Origin: Malacoraja senta
Taxonomy: Eukaryota
Assembly: GCA_038087875.1 (NCBI GenBank)
Contig: JAXLNO010002882.1
Coordinates: 62,001-126,000, forward strand
Length of the DNA stretch: 64,000 bases
Reading direction: 5' to 3'
The notes below the pieces were generated by a model. It saw only the letters and a program-made list of their open reading frames with translations. It was not told the DNA's origin and made no database searches. The first letter of the stretch is position 1. Every line of letters begins with the position of its first letter. Positions 49,150 to 60,245 of this stretch are shown here, piece by piece. The translations under genes were made by a program, and so were the position numbers.

Positions 49150-49641
49150 ATGGTCGCATTAAAACCGTTTCCTTCTTCCACAGCGGTTTCCAAACCACAG
49201 GCCATGAGCAACCTCTGGTTCATGCTAATGATAATTTTTATGTTTCCAGGTGAGTCTATGTTACAATTGGCCGTGAGCAGAACGTCGCATTGATATACGG
49301 GCAGACTTCTCATGGTGTGTGTGCTTTGTTCTAGGAATCTATGGAGACGATTCGATGTCCCAGTATCCACCTGAGACGACGGCCGAGGAAGGGCAAACGG
49401 CCACACTGAACTGCAATTATTCTGCATCAATGGTTGCTGACACGGTCTTTTGGTACATCCAAAGTTCTGCAGAAGCGCCGAGACATATACTGAAGATATT
49501 CTTCACTGGCCGTCAAGACCCGGCACCTGACTTCTCAGACAGATTTTCTGCTGTGTATGATAAAGAAAAGCGGATGGTGCCTTTGAGTATCTCCGGGGTC
49601 CGTGTTTCAGACTCCGCCGTGTATCTCTGTGCCATGAACCC
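49150..49641 (+). CDS. TRAV/TRDV: Family E V gene copy 2 (leader 49150 or 49204 to 49249, V exon 49335-49641), open
   Basis: MSNLWFMLMIIFMFP|gtgagt; DDSMSQYPP...LNC...FWY...SDSAVYLCAMN. Confidence 0.9.
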
Positions 49642-49718
49642 CACACTGGGGCAAGGAAGCAGCGGGACCGCACAAAAACCAACCCCAGAAGGTTCAGCGA
49701 GCGCCCACCAGAGGGCGC
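49642..49718 (+). promoter_or_regulatory. 23-RSS (49642-49680) plus CTCF motif (49705-49718)
   Basis: CACACTG-23-ACAAAAACC; CCACCAGAGGGCGC. Confidence 0.9.
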
Positions 49719-50662
49719 ACTTACACCGGTGATTGAAAATGATCCGAGATGGAAACTATTCGCAATTTTCATCAAACGCATTGTACACATTTACTGTCAC
49801 ACAATAGACACAATCACCGCAAATGCTTTCCAGATTTCAAATGCCTTTCCCAGTAAACTTATTTGGTTTAACCTCCGCCCCCTAAAAATGCGACGCAATG
49901 GTTTCTGGAATTATAGGAAGAATATTTTCCCATTAAATATCGCACGTGTGACAGCCATTCCAACCTGTAGATATTCTTCCGTAATGCTTTCCTTCCGGCA
50001 ACCAAACCAATGTTCAGTTCACACTGCGAACGCTCATCTGATGGCGAACATACTCAGGGAAACTGAAGTGATCGGAGATGGAAACTCCACGTGTGTTTCA
50101 GCAAATTTGTTTCGACAAACATGTTAGAAGGCCGACAGATCTGTTCCTCCCAACATTGTCCAGATTTGAGATTGCTCATTCTCCGTTTCGTTCCAACCTT
50201 CCTCCTGCAAGTACTGGGGGAAGTAAATTATGAAGTAAATTGTGATTTGAAGCGTTTTTAGCTGTGTAACTGTGGGGCGATATATCTCTCATAATGGAAA
50301 GAGACTTCCCTCTGTTTGTTCTAGGCGACTGGCAATGCTTCAGGGTTTATAAACCCCCTCGTTAGTAATACTCGAGGCAGAGTGATGCACCCTGGTATTA
50401 TCCAACCGCGGATCCACTGGGTAAAATCAACGGGAGTCTTCGGAATTTTCAATGATGCGGAATATTGAGTCATACGACCTTTGTTCCGCAGTTTTACGAC
50501 AAGAATGGATTTCCATTCGAAAATGGACCGCTGTTGTCACCACTGTAATTTTACATCTGCAACGATCTGGGTTCGATCCTGAAAAGGTGGTAGCGTGAGA
50601 GAGGCATAGATACATAGCATAAAATATTCGCATTCCAATGATGTCTGTTCGAGAAATGTAGA

Positions 50663-50672
50663 GGTGATGTCA
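50663..50672 (+). promoter_or_regulatory. CRE-like decamer in the E-family V promoter
   Basis: GGTGATGTCA, one mismatch from the TCR V promoter decamer AGTGAYRTCA; also 52428 and 56391; variants at 48903, 58055, 63379. Confidence 0.55.
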
Positions 50673-50909
50673 TTTGAGAACTTGCAAAGGACAGGAAGAA
50701 GCGAATAACAGTTCGAATTGGAAGCGGTCAGAGCGAGGGAGAGAGTGATAAAGAAACATCCAATCAGGGCGCGTAAAGGAAGAAATCATGTAGTCAAATT
50801 CCATCGGTTGTGAGCACCCAATCGTGCACGAGGGGAACGCCCCTTCGTCACCCCAAAAGTAAACACGTTCCCCTAATATCCGTGTCTGCTCACACACACA
50901 AAGCGAGAC

Positions 50910-51401
50910 ATGGTCGCATTAAAACCGTTTCCTTCTTCCACAGCGGTTTCCAAACCACAGGCCATGAGCAACCTCTGGTTCATGCTAATGATAATTTTTA
51001 TGTTTCCAGGTGAGTCTATGTTACAATTGGCCGTGAGCAGACCGTGGCATTGATATACGGCCAGACTTCTCATGGTGTGTGTGCTTTGTTCTAGGAATCT
51101 ATGGAGACGATTCGATGTCCCAGTATCCACCTGAGACGACGGCCGAGGAAGGGCAAACGGCCACACTGAACTGCAATTATTCTGCATCAATGGTTGCTGA
51201 CACGGTCTTTTGGTACATCCAAAGTTCTGCAGAAGCGCCGAGACATATACTGAAGATATTCTTCACTGGCCGTCAAGACCCGTCACCTGACTTCTCAGAC
51301 AGATTTTCTGCTGTGTATGATAAAGAAAAGCGGATGGTGCCTTTGAGTATCTCCGGGGTCCGTGTTTCAGACTCCGCCGTGTATCTCTGTGCCATGAACC
51401 C
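50910..51401 (+). CDS. TRAV/TRDV: Family E V gene copy 3 (leader 50910 or 50964 to 51009, V exon 51095-51401), open
   Basis: Near-identical to E2, offset 1760 bp. Confidence 0.9.
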
Positions 51402-51478
51402 CACACTGGGACAAGGAAGCAGCGGGACCGCACAAAAACCAACCCCAGAAGGTTCAGCGAGGGCCCACCAGATGGCGC
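51402..51478 (+). promoter_or_regulatory. 23-RSS (51402-51440) plus CTCF motif (51465-51478)
   Basis: CACACTG-23-ACAAAAACC; CCACCAGATGGCGC. Confidence 0.9.
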
Positions 51479-52728
51479 ACTTACACCGGTGATTGAAAAT
51501 GATCCGAGATGGAAACTATTCGCAATTTTCATCAAACGCATTGTACACATTTACTGTCACACAATAGACACAATCACCGCAAATGCTTTCCAGATTTCAA
51601 GTGCCTTTCCCAGTAAACTTATTTGGTTTAACCTCCGCCCCCTAAAAATGCGACGCAATGTTTTCTGGAATTATAGGAAGAATATTTTCCCATTAAATAT
51701 CGCACGTGTGACAGCCATTCAAACCTGTAGATATTTTTCCGTTATGCTTTCCTTCCAGCCACGAAACCAATGTACAGTTCACACTGCGAACGCTCATCTG
51801 ACGGCGCACATACTCAGGGAAACTGAAGTGTTCGGAGATGGAAACTCCACGTGTGTTTCAGCAAATTTGTTTCAACAAACATGTTAGAAGGCCGACAGAT
51901 CTGTTCCTCCCAACATTGTCCAGATTTGAGATCGCTCATTCTCCGTTTCGTTCCAACCTTCCTCCTGCAAGTACTGGGGGAAGTAAATTATGAAGTAAAT
52001 TGTGATTTGAAGCGTTTTTAGCTGTGTAACTGTGGGGCGATATATCTCTCATAATTGAAAGAGACTTCTCTCTGTTTCTTCTATGCGACTGGCAATGCTT
52101 GAGGGTTTATAAACCCCCTCGTTAGTAATACTAGAGGCAGAGTGATGCACCCTGGTATTATCCAACCGCGGATCCACTGGGTAAAATCAACGGGAGTCTT
52201 CGGAATTTTCAATGATGCGGAATATTGAGTCATACGACCTTTGTTCCGCAGTTTTACGACAAGAATGGATTTCCATTAGAAAATGGACCGCTGTTGTCAC
52301 CACTGTAATTTTACATCTGCAACGATCTGGGTTCGATCCTGAAAAGGTGGTAGCGTGAGAGAAGCATAGATACAGTACATGGCTTAAAATATTCGGATTC
52401 CAATGATGTCTGTTCGAGAAATGTAGAGGTGATGTCATTTGAGAACTTGCAAAGGACAGGAAGAAGCGAGTAACAGTTCGAATTGGAGGCGGTCAGAGCG
52501 AGGGAGAGAGTGATAAAGAAACATCCAATCAGGGCACGTAAAGGAAGAAATCATGTAGTCAAATTCCATCGGTTGTGAGCACCCAATCGTGCACGATGGG
52601 AACGCCCCTTCGTCACCCCAAAAGCAAAAACCTTCCCCTGATATCCGTGTCTGCTCACATACCCAAAGCGAGACATAGTCGCAGTAAAATCGTTTCCTTC
52701 TTCTACAGCTGTTTCCAAACCACAGGCC

Positions 52729-53165
52729 ATGAGCAACCTCTGGTTCATGCTGATGATAATTTTTATGTTTCCAGGTGAGTCTATGTTACAATGGCCGTGA
52801 GCAGAACGTGGCATTGATATACGGCCAGACTGCTCATGGTGTGTGTGCTTTGTTCTAGGCGTCCATGGAGACGATTCGATGTCCCAGTATCCACCTCAGA
52901 CAACGGCCGAGGAAGGGCAAACCACAACACTGAACTGCAATTATTCTGCATCAATGGGTGCTAACACGGTCTTTTGGTACATCCAAAGTTCTGCAGAAGC
53001 GCCGAGGTATATACTGAAGATATTCGCCACTGGCATTCAAGACCCGTCACCTGACTTCTCAGACAGATTTTCTGCTGTGTATGATAAAGAAAAGCGGATG
53101 GTGCCTTTGAGTATCTCCGGGGTCCGTGTTTCAGACTCCGCCGTGTATCTCTGTGCCATGAACAC
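52729..53165 (+). CDS. TRAV/TRDV: Family E V gene copy 4 (leader 52729-52774, V exon 52859-53165), open
   Basis: Upstream ATG is ATA (52675); proximal leader and V domain intact. Confidence 0.9.
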
Positions 53166-53242
53166 CACACTGGGGCAAGGAAGCAGCGGGCCCGCACAAA
53201 AACCTACCCCAGAAGGTTCAGCGAGCGCCCACCAGATGGCGC
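53166..53242 (+). promoter_or_regulatory. 23-RSS (53166-53204) plus CTCF motif (53229-53242)
   Basis: CACACTG-23-ACAAAAACC; CCACCAGATGGCGC. Confidence 0.9.
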
Positions 53243-53914
53243 ACTTACACCGGTCATTGAAAATGATCCGAGATGGAAACTATTCGCAATTTTCATCAAA
53301 CGTATTGTACACATTTACTGTCACACAATAGACACAATCACCGCAAATGCTTTCCAGATTTCAAATGCCTTCCCCAGTAAACTTATTTGGTTTAACCTCC
53401 GCCCCCTAAAAATGCGACGCAATGGTTTCTGGAATTATAGGAAGAATATTTTCCCATTAAATATCGCACGTGTGACAGCCATTCCAACCTGTAGATATTC
53501 TTCCGTAATGCTTTCCTTCCGGCAACCAAACCAATGTTCAGTTCACACTGCGAACGCTCATCTGACGGCGCACATACGCAGGGAAACTGAAGTGATCGGA
53601 GATGGAATCTCCACGCGTGTTTCAGCAAATTTGTTTCAACAAACATGTTAGAAGGCCGACAGATGTGTTCCTCCCAACATTGTCCAGATTTGAGATGGCT
53701 CATTCTCCGTTTCGTTCCAACCTTCCTCCTGCAAGTACTGGGGGAAGTAAATTATGAAATAAATTGTGATTTGAAGCGTTTTTAGCTGTGTAACTGTGGG
53801 GCGATATATATCTCATAATTGAAAGAGCCTTCCCTCTGTTTCGTCTAAGCGGCTGGCAATACTACAGGTATATAAACTCCCTTGTTAGTAATACTCGAGG
53901 CAGAGTGATGCACA

Positions 53915-53999
53915 ATGATAAAGAAAAGCGGATGGTGCCTTTGAGTATCTCCTGGGTCCGTGTTTCAGACTCCGCCCTGTATCTCCGTGCCATGAGCCC
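53915..53999 (+). pseudogene. TRAV/TRDV: Family E 3' V fragment (promoter, leader and 5' V deleted; Cys104 changed to Arg)
   Basis: DKEKRMVPLSISWVRVSDSALYLRAMS fused directly to intergenic spacer. Confidence 0.85.
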
Positions 54000-54076
54000 C
54001 ACACTGGGGCAAGGAAGCAGCGGGACCGCACAAAAACGAACCCCAGTAGGTTCAGCGAGTGCCCGCCAGATGGCGC
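54000..54076 (+). promoter_or_regulatory. 23-RSS (54000-54038) plus CTCF motif (54063-54076)
   Basis: CACACTG-23-ACAAAAACG; CCGCCAGATGGCGC. Confidence 0.86.
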
Positions 54077-54289
54077 ACTTACACCGGTGATCGAAATTAT
54101 CCGAGATGGAAATTATTCGCAATTTTCATCAAACGCATTGTACACATTTTATGTCACAAAATTGACAAAATCACCGCAAATTCTTTCCAGATTTGAAATG
54201 TCTTTCTCAGTAACTTATTTATTTTAACCGCTCCCCCTAAAAAAATGTGAAGCACGTTTTTCTGGAATTATAGGAAGACTATTATCTAA

Positions 54290-56075
54290 TTCTCTAAGAG
54301 CTCTATCTAATTCTCTTTTGAATGCATCCAGTGAATCGACCTTCACTGCCTATTGAGGCAGAGAATACCACAAATTCACAACTCTCTGTACGAAAATGTT
54401 TTTCCTCATTTCAGTTCTAAATGGCCTACCCCTTATTCTTAAATTGTGGCCCCCTGGTTCTGGACTCCCTCAACATCGGAAACATATTTCCTGCATCTAG
54501 CGTGTCCAATACTTGAATAATTGTGTATGTTTTCATAAGATCCCCTCACATCCTTCTAAATTCCAATGAATACAATCCCAGTCACTCCATTCTTTCATCG
54601 TATGACAGTCCCGCCATCCCGGAAATTAACTCCGTGAACCTGCGCTGCACACAATACTCCACGTGTGGTCTCACCAGGGACCTGTACAGCTCCAGAAGGA
54701 CCTATTTGCTCCTATACTCAACTCCTCTCGTTATGAAGGTTAACATGCCATCAGCTTTCTTCACTGCCTGCTGTACCTGCATGCTTACTTTCATTTACAG
54801 ATGTACAAGGATACACAGGTCTCGTTGTAATTCCCCTTTTCCTAACATGACACCATTCAGATAATAATCTGCCTTCCCTTTCTTACCACCAAAGTGTATA
54901 ACCTCACATTTATTCACATTATACAGCATCTGCCATTCATTCGCCCACTCACCCAACCTGTCCAAGTCACCCTGCATCCTCATAGCATCCTCTTCACAGT
55001 TCATACTGCCACCCAACTTTGTGTCATCTGCAAATGTGCTAATGTTACTTATAATTCCTTCATCTAAATCATTAATTTATATTGTAAATAGCTGCGGTCC
55101 TTGAGTACCCTGGGATGCAGACCATCCGGCCCTGGGGATTTATCAGCCTTCAGTCCCATCAGTCTACCCAATACCATTTCCTGACTAATGTGATTTTCCT
55201 TCAGTTCCTCCATCACCCGAGGTCCACTGTCCCTTAGTACCCCTGGGAGATTGTTTGTGTCTTCCTTAGTGAAGACAGAATCAAAGTACCTGTTCAACTT
55301 TCCTTGTTCCCCATAATGAATTCACCTGCTTCTCTCTTCAAGGGACTCACATTTGTCTCAACTATTTTACGCTTCACATATCCAAATAAGGTTTTACTAT
55401 CCTCCTTTGCATTCTTGGCTAGCTTACCTTTGTAATTCAGCTTTTCTCCCCGTATTGCATTTTTAGCTACCATCTGTTAATCTTTGAAAGTTACCCAATC
55501 CTCTGGCTTCCAATAGACAATGGACAATAGACAATAGACAATAGACAATAGGTGCAGGAGTTGGCCATTCGACCCTTCGAGCCAGCACCGCCTTTCAATG
55601 TGATCATGCCTGATCGTCCGCAATCAGTACCCCGTTCCTGCCATCTCCCCATTCCCCTGGCCCCGCTATCTTTAAGAGCCCCATCCAGCTCTCTTGAAAG
55701 CATCCAGAGAAACGGCTTCCACCGTCCACTGATGCGGAGAATTCCATAGACTCGCAACTCTTTGTGTGAAAAAGTGTTTCCTCGTCTCCGTTCTAAATGA
55801 CTTACCCCTATCATCCCATTACCCATATCACGCTCATCTTTGCTATGTTATACGTCTTCTCTTTTATTTTTATACTGTCCTTGACTTCTCTTGTCAGCCA
55901 CGGTCGCCTCTTGCTCTCCTTGGAATCTTTCTTTCTCTTTGGAATGAAATGATCCTGCATCTTCTGAATTATTCCCAGAAATACCTGCCATTGCTCTTCC
56001 ACCGTCATCCCTGCCAGTGTCCCTTTACATTGAACTTTGTCTAGCTCCTCCCTCATCCGAGCATTAGACAACCGC
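54290..56075 (-). mobile_element. Cluster of rearranged CR1 ORF2 and 3' fragments
   Basis: QGDLDRLGEWANEWQMLYNVNKCEVIHFG; FTKEDTNNLP...LKADKSPGPDGLHPRVLK; (GACAATA)n tail at ~55515-55550. Confidence 0.85.
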
Positions 56076-56628
56076 AGATGTACTGGGCATGATCGTTGAC
56101 CTTGTCCGATATGTTGAATGAGGCGTAATATTGTCCTACGTCCGCATATTTAAAGACAATAATGGATTTTCATTGGAACGTGGCAGCTGTAGGGAACACT
56201 GGACTCTGACAGCTCCCACCGTCCGGGTTCGATTCTAATTGACTTGTCCGCATGAGTGTTTTTCGCACCATAGCCCCGTCAACGCCAAGAACACGAAAGA
56301 GACCAGGGGTTACAAAGAGCGAGGGCGAGAGAGCAATACGTGCACTGATTAAAGGATTCTGATGTTAACAATGAGCGAGCGAGAAATGGAGGTGATGTCA
56401 TTTGAGAACTGGCAAATGACAGGAGAAAGGGAGGGACATTTCGACCTCGAGGCAATCAGACCCAGTGAGAGAGAGAAGCATCCAATCAGCTCAAGTAAAG
56501 GAAGAGAGATGTGCTCAAATGGCGTCGGTTGTGAGCACCCAATCGTACACGAGGGGAACGCCACTTAATTGCCCCAATAGGACAAAAACTGCCGCTGATT
56601 TCTACGTCACCTCACAAATACTCGAGAC

Positions 56629-57118
56629 ATGAACGCAGTCAAACCATTTCCTTCTCACGAAGGTGTTTCCAAACCACAGGCCATGAACTCTCTGGTCCAT
56701 AATGATAATATTTTTCATGTTTCCAGGTGAGTCTATGTTGCAATGATCCCTGGGCGCACCATAACTTTCAAACACGGCCAGACTGCTCACAGTTTCTGTG
56801 CTTTGTTCTAGGAGTCTATGGCGAGGATTCGATGACCCAGTATCCACCTCAGATGATGGCCGAGGAAGGGCAAAGGGTAACACTGAACTGCAGTTACCCT
56901 GCATCAATGGGTGCTTCCACTGTCTTTTGGTACATCCAAAGTGGTGCAGATGCGCGGAGATATATACTGAAGATATTCACCACCGGTCGAGCCGAATAGT
57001 CATCTGAGTTCTCAGACAGGTTTTCTGCAGTTTATCGTAAAGAAGAGCAGATGGTTCCTTTGAGTATCTCTGGGGTCCAAGTTTCCGACTCCGCCGTCTA
57101 CCTCTGTGCCATGAGGCC
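56629..57118 (+). pseudogene. TRAV/TRDV: Family E copy 6 pseudogene (leader to 56726, V 56812-57118)
   Basis: 2-nt deletion in leader (44 nt from the proximal ATG) and in-frame TAG at 56997-56999. Confidence 0.85.
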
Positions 57119-57195
57119 CACACTGCGGCAGGGGAGCAGAGGGTCCGCACAAAAACCTACCCTGGTAGTTTCTGCAAGCACCCACCAGAGGGCGC
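57119..57195 (+). promoter_or_regulatory. 23-RSS (57119-57157) plus CTCF motif (57182-57195)
   Basis: CACACTG-23-ACAAAAACC; CCACCAGAGGGCGC. Confidence 0.9.
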
Positions 57196-58275
57196 ACTTA
57201 CACCGGGACTAGTAAATGATCAGAGGTAGACAGTCTTCGCGAATTTCAGCAAAAGCATTGCGAATATTTACTGTTGCAAAATAAACACAATCATCCGAAC
57301 TGCATTCCAAATTTAAAATGCCTTGTTCAGCAACTCATTCGCCATATCCCCAAAAATATGTGAAGCAATGGTTACTGGCATTATAAGAAGAATATTCCCA
57401 CACTGAACGTCATGTATCCACGCGCGTGCTAGCCCTTCCGACCTAGAGAGTTGTTTCCTTAATTTCTTCCTTTCAGCCTCCAGACCAACACTCAATTCAC
57501 AATGCGAGCGCTCACCATAGGGGCACATACACGGGAAACGGAAGTGATCAGAGATGGGAACTCCACGGAGGTTTAGCAAATTTATTACAACAAATATATT
57601 ACAAGGACGATAGATCTGCTTCTCCTACTATTGTCCACGTTTGAGATGATCCATTCGCCGTAACGGCCCAACATTACCCCTGCCGGTACTGGATGAATTA
57701 TATTATGATTTGACCCCCATTAAGCCCTATTATCTGCATAACCGTTTGGCGCTAAAAAATCTTATGGTTAGCGGATTCCACTCGCTGATTCGTTCCGTCC
57801 GACCGGCAAAGCAACAGGCATTTAAACCATTTGTTACCTTGTCGCTTTTGACAATTCTCGAGACAGAGCAGTTGTTACACCTGTTACATTTGGGTTCGAT
57901 CCGAACAGAAAAATATGTGTTCTTTTTCGCCCTTTCCCTCTGTGACTGCGTGGAAAATGAACGAAACGGATAGCTGGGGTTAGAAAGAGAACGGGACATT
58001 GTTGTACAGATTAAACTATTCAGCTGCTGATGATGAACGAGGGAGAAATGGAGAGGTGACGTGATTCGAGAACTAGTAAATGGTAGGAGAAAGACGGTAA
58101 GAGTTAGAATTCGAGGCAATAAGAGAGAGTGAGAGAGAGACATACATCCTATCAGCGCACTTAAACAGCGTCAGTTGTGAGCACCCAATGCTACACGAGG
58201 GGAAGGCCCTGAGTCTTCACAAACCGACAAACCTGCGCCTGATTTCCGCGTTCTCTCTCATTGCCAACGCGAGAA

Positions 58276-58740
58276 ATGAACGCAGTCGATTCGGTTCCAC
58301 CTTCCACTGCTCTGGCCACTCTCTGGTCCATACTGATGATAATTTCCGTATTTCCAGGTGAGTCCAAGTTGCAATGGTCCCGAAGCAGAATGTGCATCTG
58401 ATACACTCCCAGATGGTTAACAGTTTATTTGCTTTCCTTTAGGCGCCTGTGGAGACGATTCCATGTCCCAGTATCCACCCCAGTTGACGACTGTGGAAGG
58501 ACAAACTGTAACACTGAACTGCAGTTACCCTGCATCAATGGCCGCTGACACTATCTTTTGGTACATCCAAAGTTCTACAGAAGCGCCGAGATATATATTG
58601 AAGATATTCTACGCCGGCCATCAAGACCGATTACCTGACAGATTTTCTGCGGTTTATCGTAAAGAAGATCGGATGGTCCTTTTGAATATCTCCGGGGTGC
58701 GCGTTTCCGACTCCGCCGTGTATCTCTGTGCCATGAACCC
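58276..58740 (+). CDS. TRAV/TRDV: Family E V gene copy 7 (82-nt leader 58276-58357, V exon 58443-58740), open
   Basis: MNAVDSVPPSTALATLWSILMIISVFP|gtgagt; 3-codon deletion after CDR2; both Cys and Trp intact. Confidence 0.87.
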
Positions 58741-58816
58741 CACACTGCAGCAAGGAAGCAGAGGGTCCGCACAAAAACCAACCTTGGTAGTTTCGGCAAC
58801 CGCCATTTGAGGGTGC
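58741..58816 (+). promoter_or_regulatory. 23-RSS (58741-58779) plus degenerate CTCF-like motif (58803-58816)
   Basis: CACACTG-23-ACAAAAACC; CCATTTGAGGGTGC. Confidence 0.8.
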
Positions 58817-59577
58817 ACTGACCCCGCTAAACGGAAGTGAACAGAGATAGAATTTAATAGCAATTTTCAATCAACGCATTGTAAACATTTACGGTTGCAA
58901 AATAGACCCAATCATCGCTAAAGCCATCCAGATATAGAATGCCATTCTCATTAATCCATTTGCCCTAACCCTACAAGAATCGAAAGCAGATTCTGGAACT
59001 GTAAAAATAAATTTGGCCATTGAACGTCTCACGCATGACAGCCCTTCCGACCAGTAGAGCTTTCTCCTTAATATCTTTCTTCCTGTCCCCAATTCATCAC
59101 TCTATTCACAACACGGGCACTTACCAGAGGTCGCACATGCCCGGGAAAACGGAAGTGATCAGAGTTAGAAACTCCACGGAAGTTTCAGCCAATATGTTTC
59201 AACAAACGTGTCGCAAGTGGATAGATCAGTTCCTCGTACTTTTGTCCACAGTTGAGGTACCCTATTTACCCGATCGACCCAACCTTACTATTGCCAATAA
59301 AGTGGAAGTGTATTATGATGTGACCCTCTTGAAGCGTTTTTAGCTGCATACCTAATGGGCGATATATATCTCGTGATTAACAGAGCGCCCTTTCTGATTC
59401 ATTCCATCTGAGCCGCAATGGGATGGGCTTTTAAACCATCTGTTCTCTCGTCGCTGTTGACAGTTCTGACGGACGGGCGATGTATCCTGGCTTCAGACAA
59501 CAGCAGATGTATTGAGGGAAATAGACGGCATTCTTCGATGCGTTCAATGAGACGAGATATTGAGTCCACCGCCCTTT

Positions 59578-59895
59578 AGAAACATAGAAACATAGAAAAT
59601 ATGTGCAGGAGGAGGCCATTCGGCCCTTCGAGCCAGCACCACCATTCATTGTGATTATGGCTGATCGTCCCCTATCACTAACCCGTGCCTGCCTTCTCCC
59701 CATATCCCTTGACTCCACTAGCCCGTAGAGTTCTATCTAACTCTCTTTTAACAAATCCAGTAATTTGGCCTCCACTGCCCTCTGTGGCAGGGAATTCCAT
59801 AAATTCACAACTCTCTGGGTGAAAAAGTTTTTTCTCAACTCAGTGTTAAATGACCTCCCTTTTATTCTAAGACCGTGGCCCCTGGTACTGGACTT
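59578..59895 (-). mobile_element. CR1 3' fragment
   Basis: TRGHGLRIKGRSFNTELRKNFFTQRVVNLWNSLPQRAVEA plus (TTTCTATG)n tail. Confidence 0.85.
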
Positions 59896-60009
59896 TGTTC
59901 CGTAGTTTTCACGGGAGGAATGGATTTCCATTAGAAAACGGGCAGCAGTTGGTACAATTGTAACCTGCCGCCTCTAACGAGTTGGGTTCGATCCTCCCCG
60001 AGGGGGCTG

Positions 60010-60245
60010 TAGGAGTAGACACGAAATGCTGGAGTAACTTAGCGGGTGAGGCAGCATCTCTGGAGAGAAGGAATGGGCGACGTTTCGGGTCGAGATCGTT
60101 CTTCAGATTGATGTCAGGGGAGGGGGCGGGACAAAGATAGAATGTAGTCGGAGACAGTAAGACTAGTGGAAGAACTGGGATGGGGAAGGGGATGGAGAGA
60201 GAAAGCAAGGCCTATCTGTAGCTAGAGAAGTCAATGTGCACATAC
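60010..60245 (-). mobile_element. Penelope-like 3' terminal fragment with a hammerhead-like core
   Basis: Minus strand: IDFSSYR*, pyrimidine tract, CTGAAGA-ACGATCTCGACCC-GAAACGTC, GATGCTGCCTCACCCGCT tail. Confidence 0.65.
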
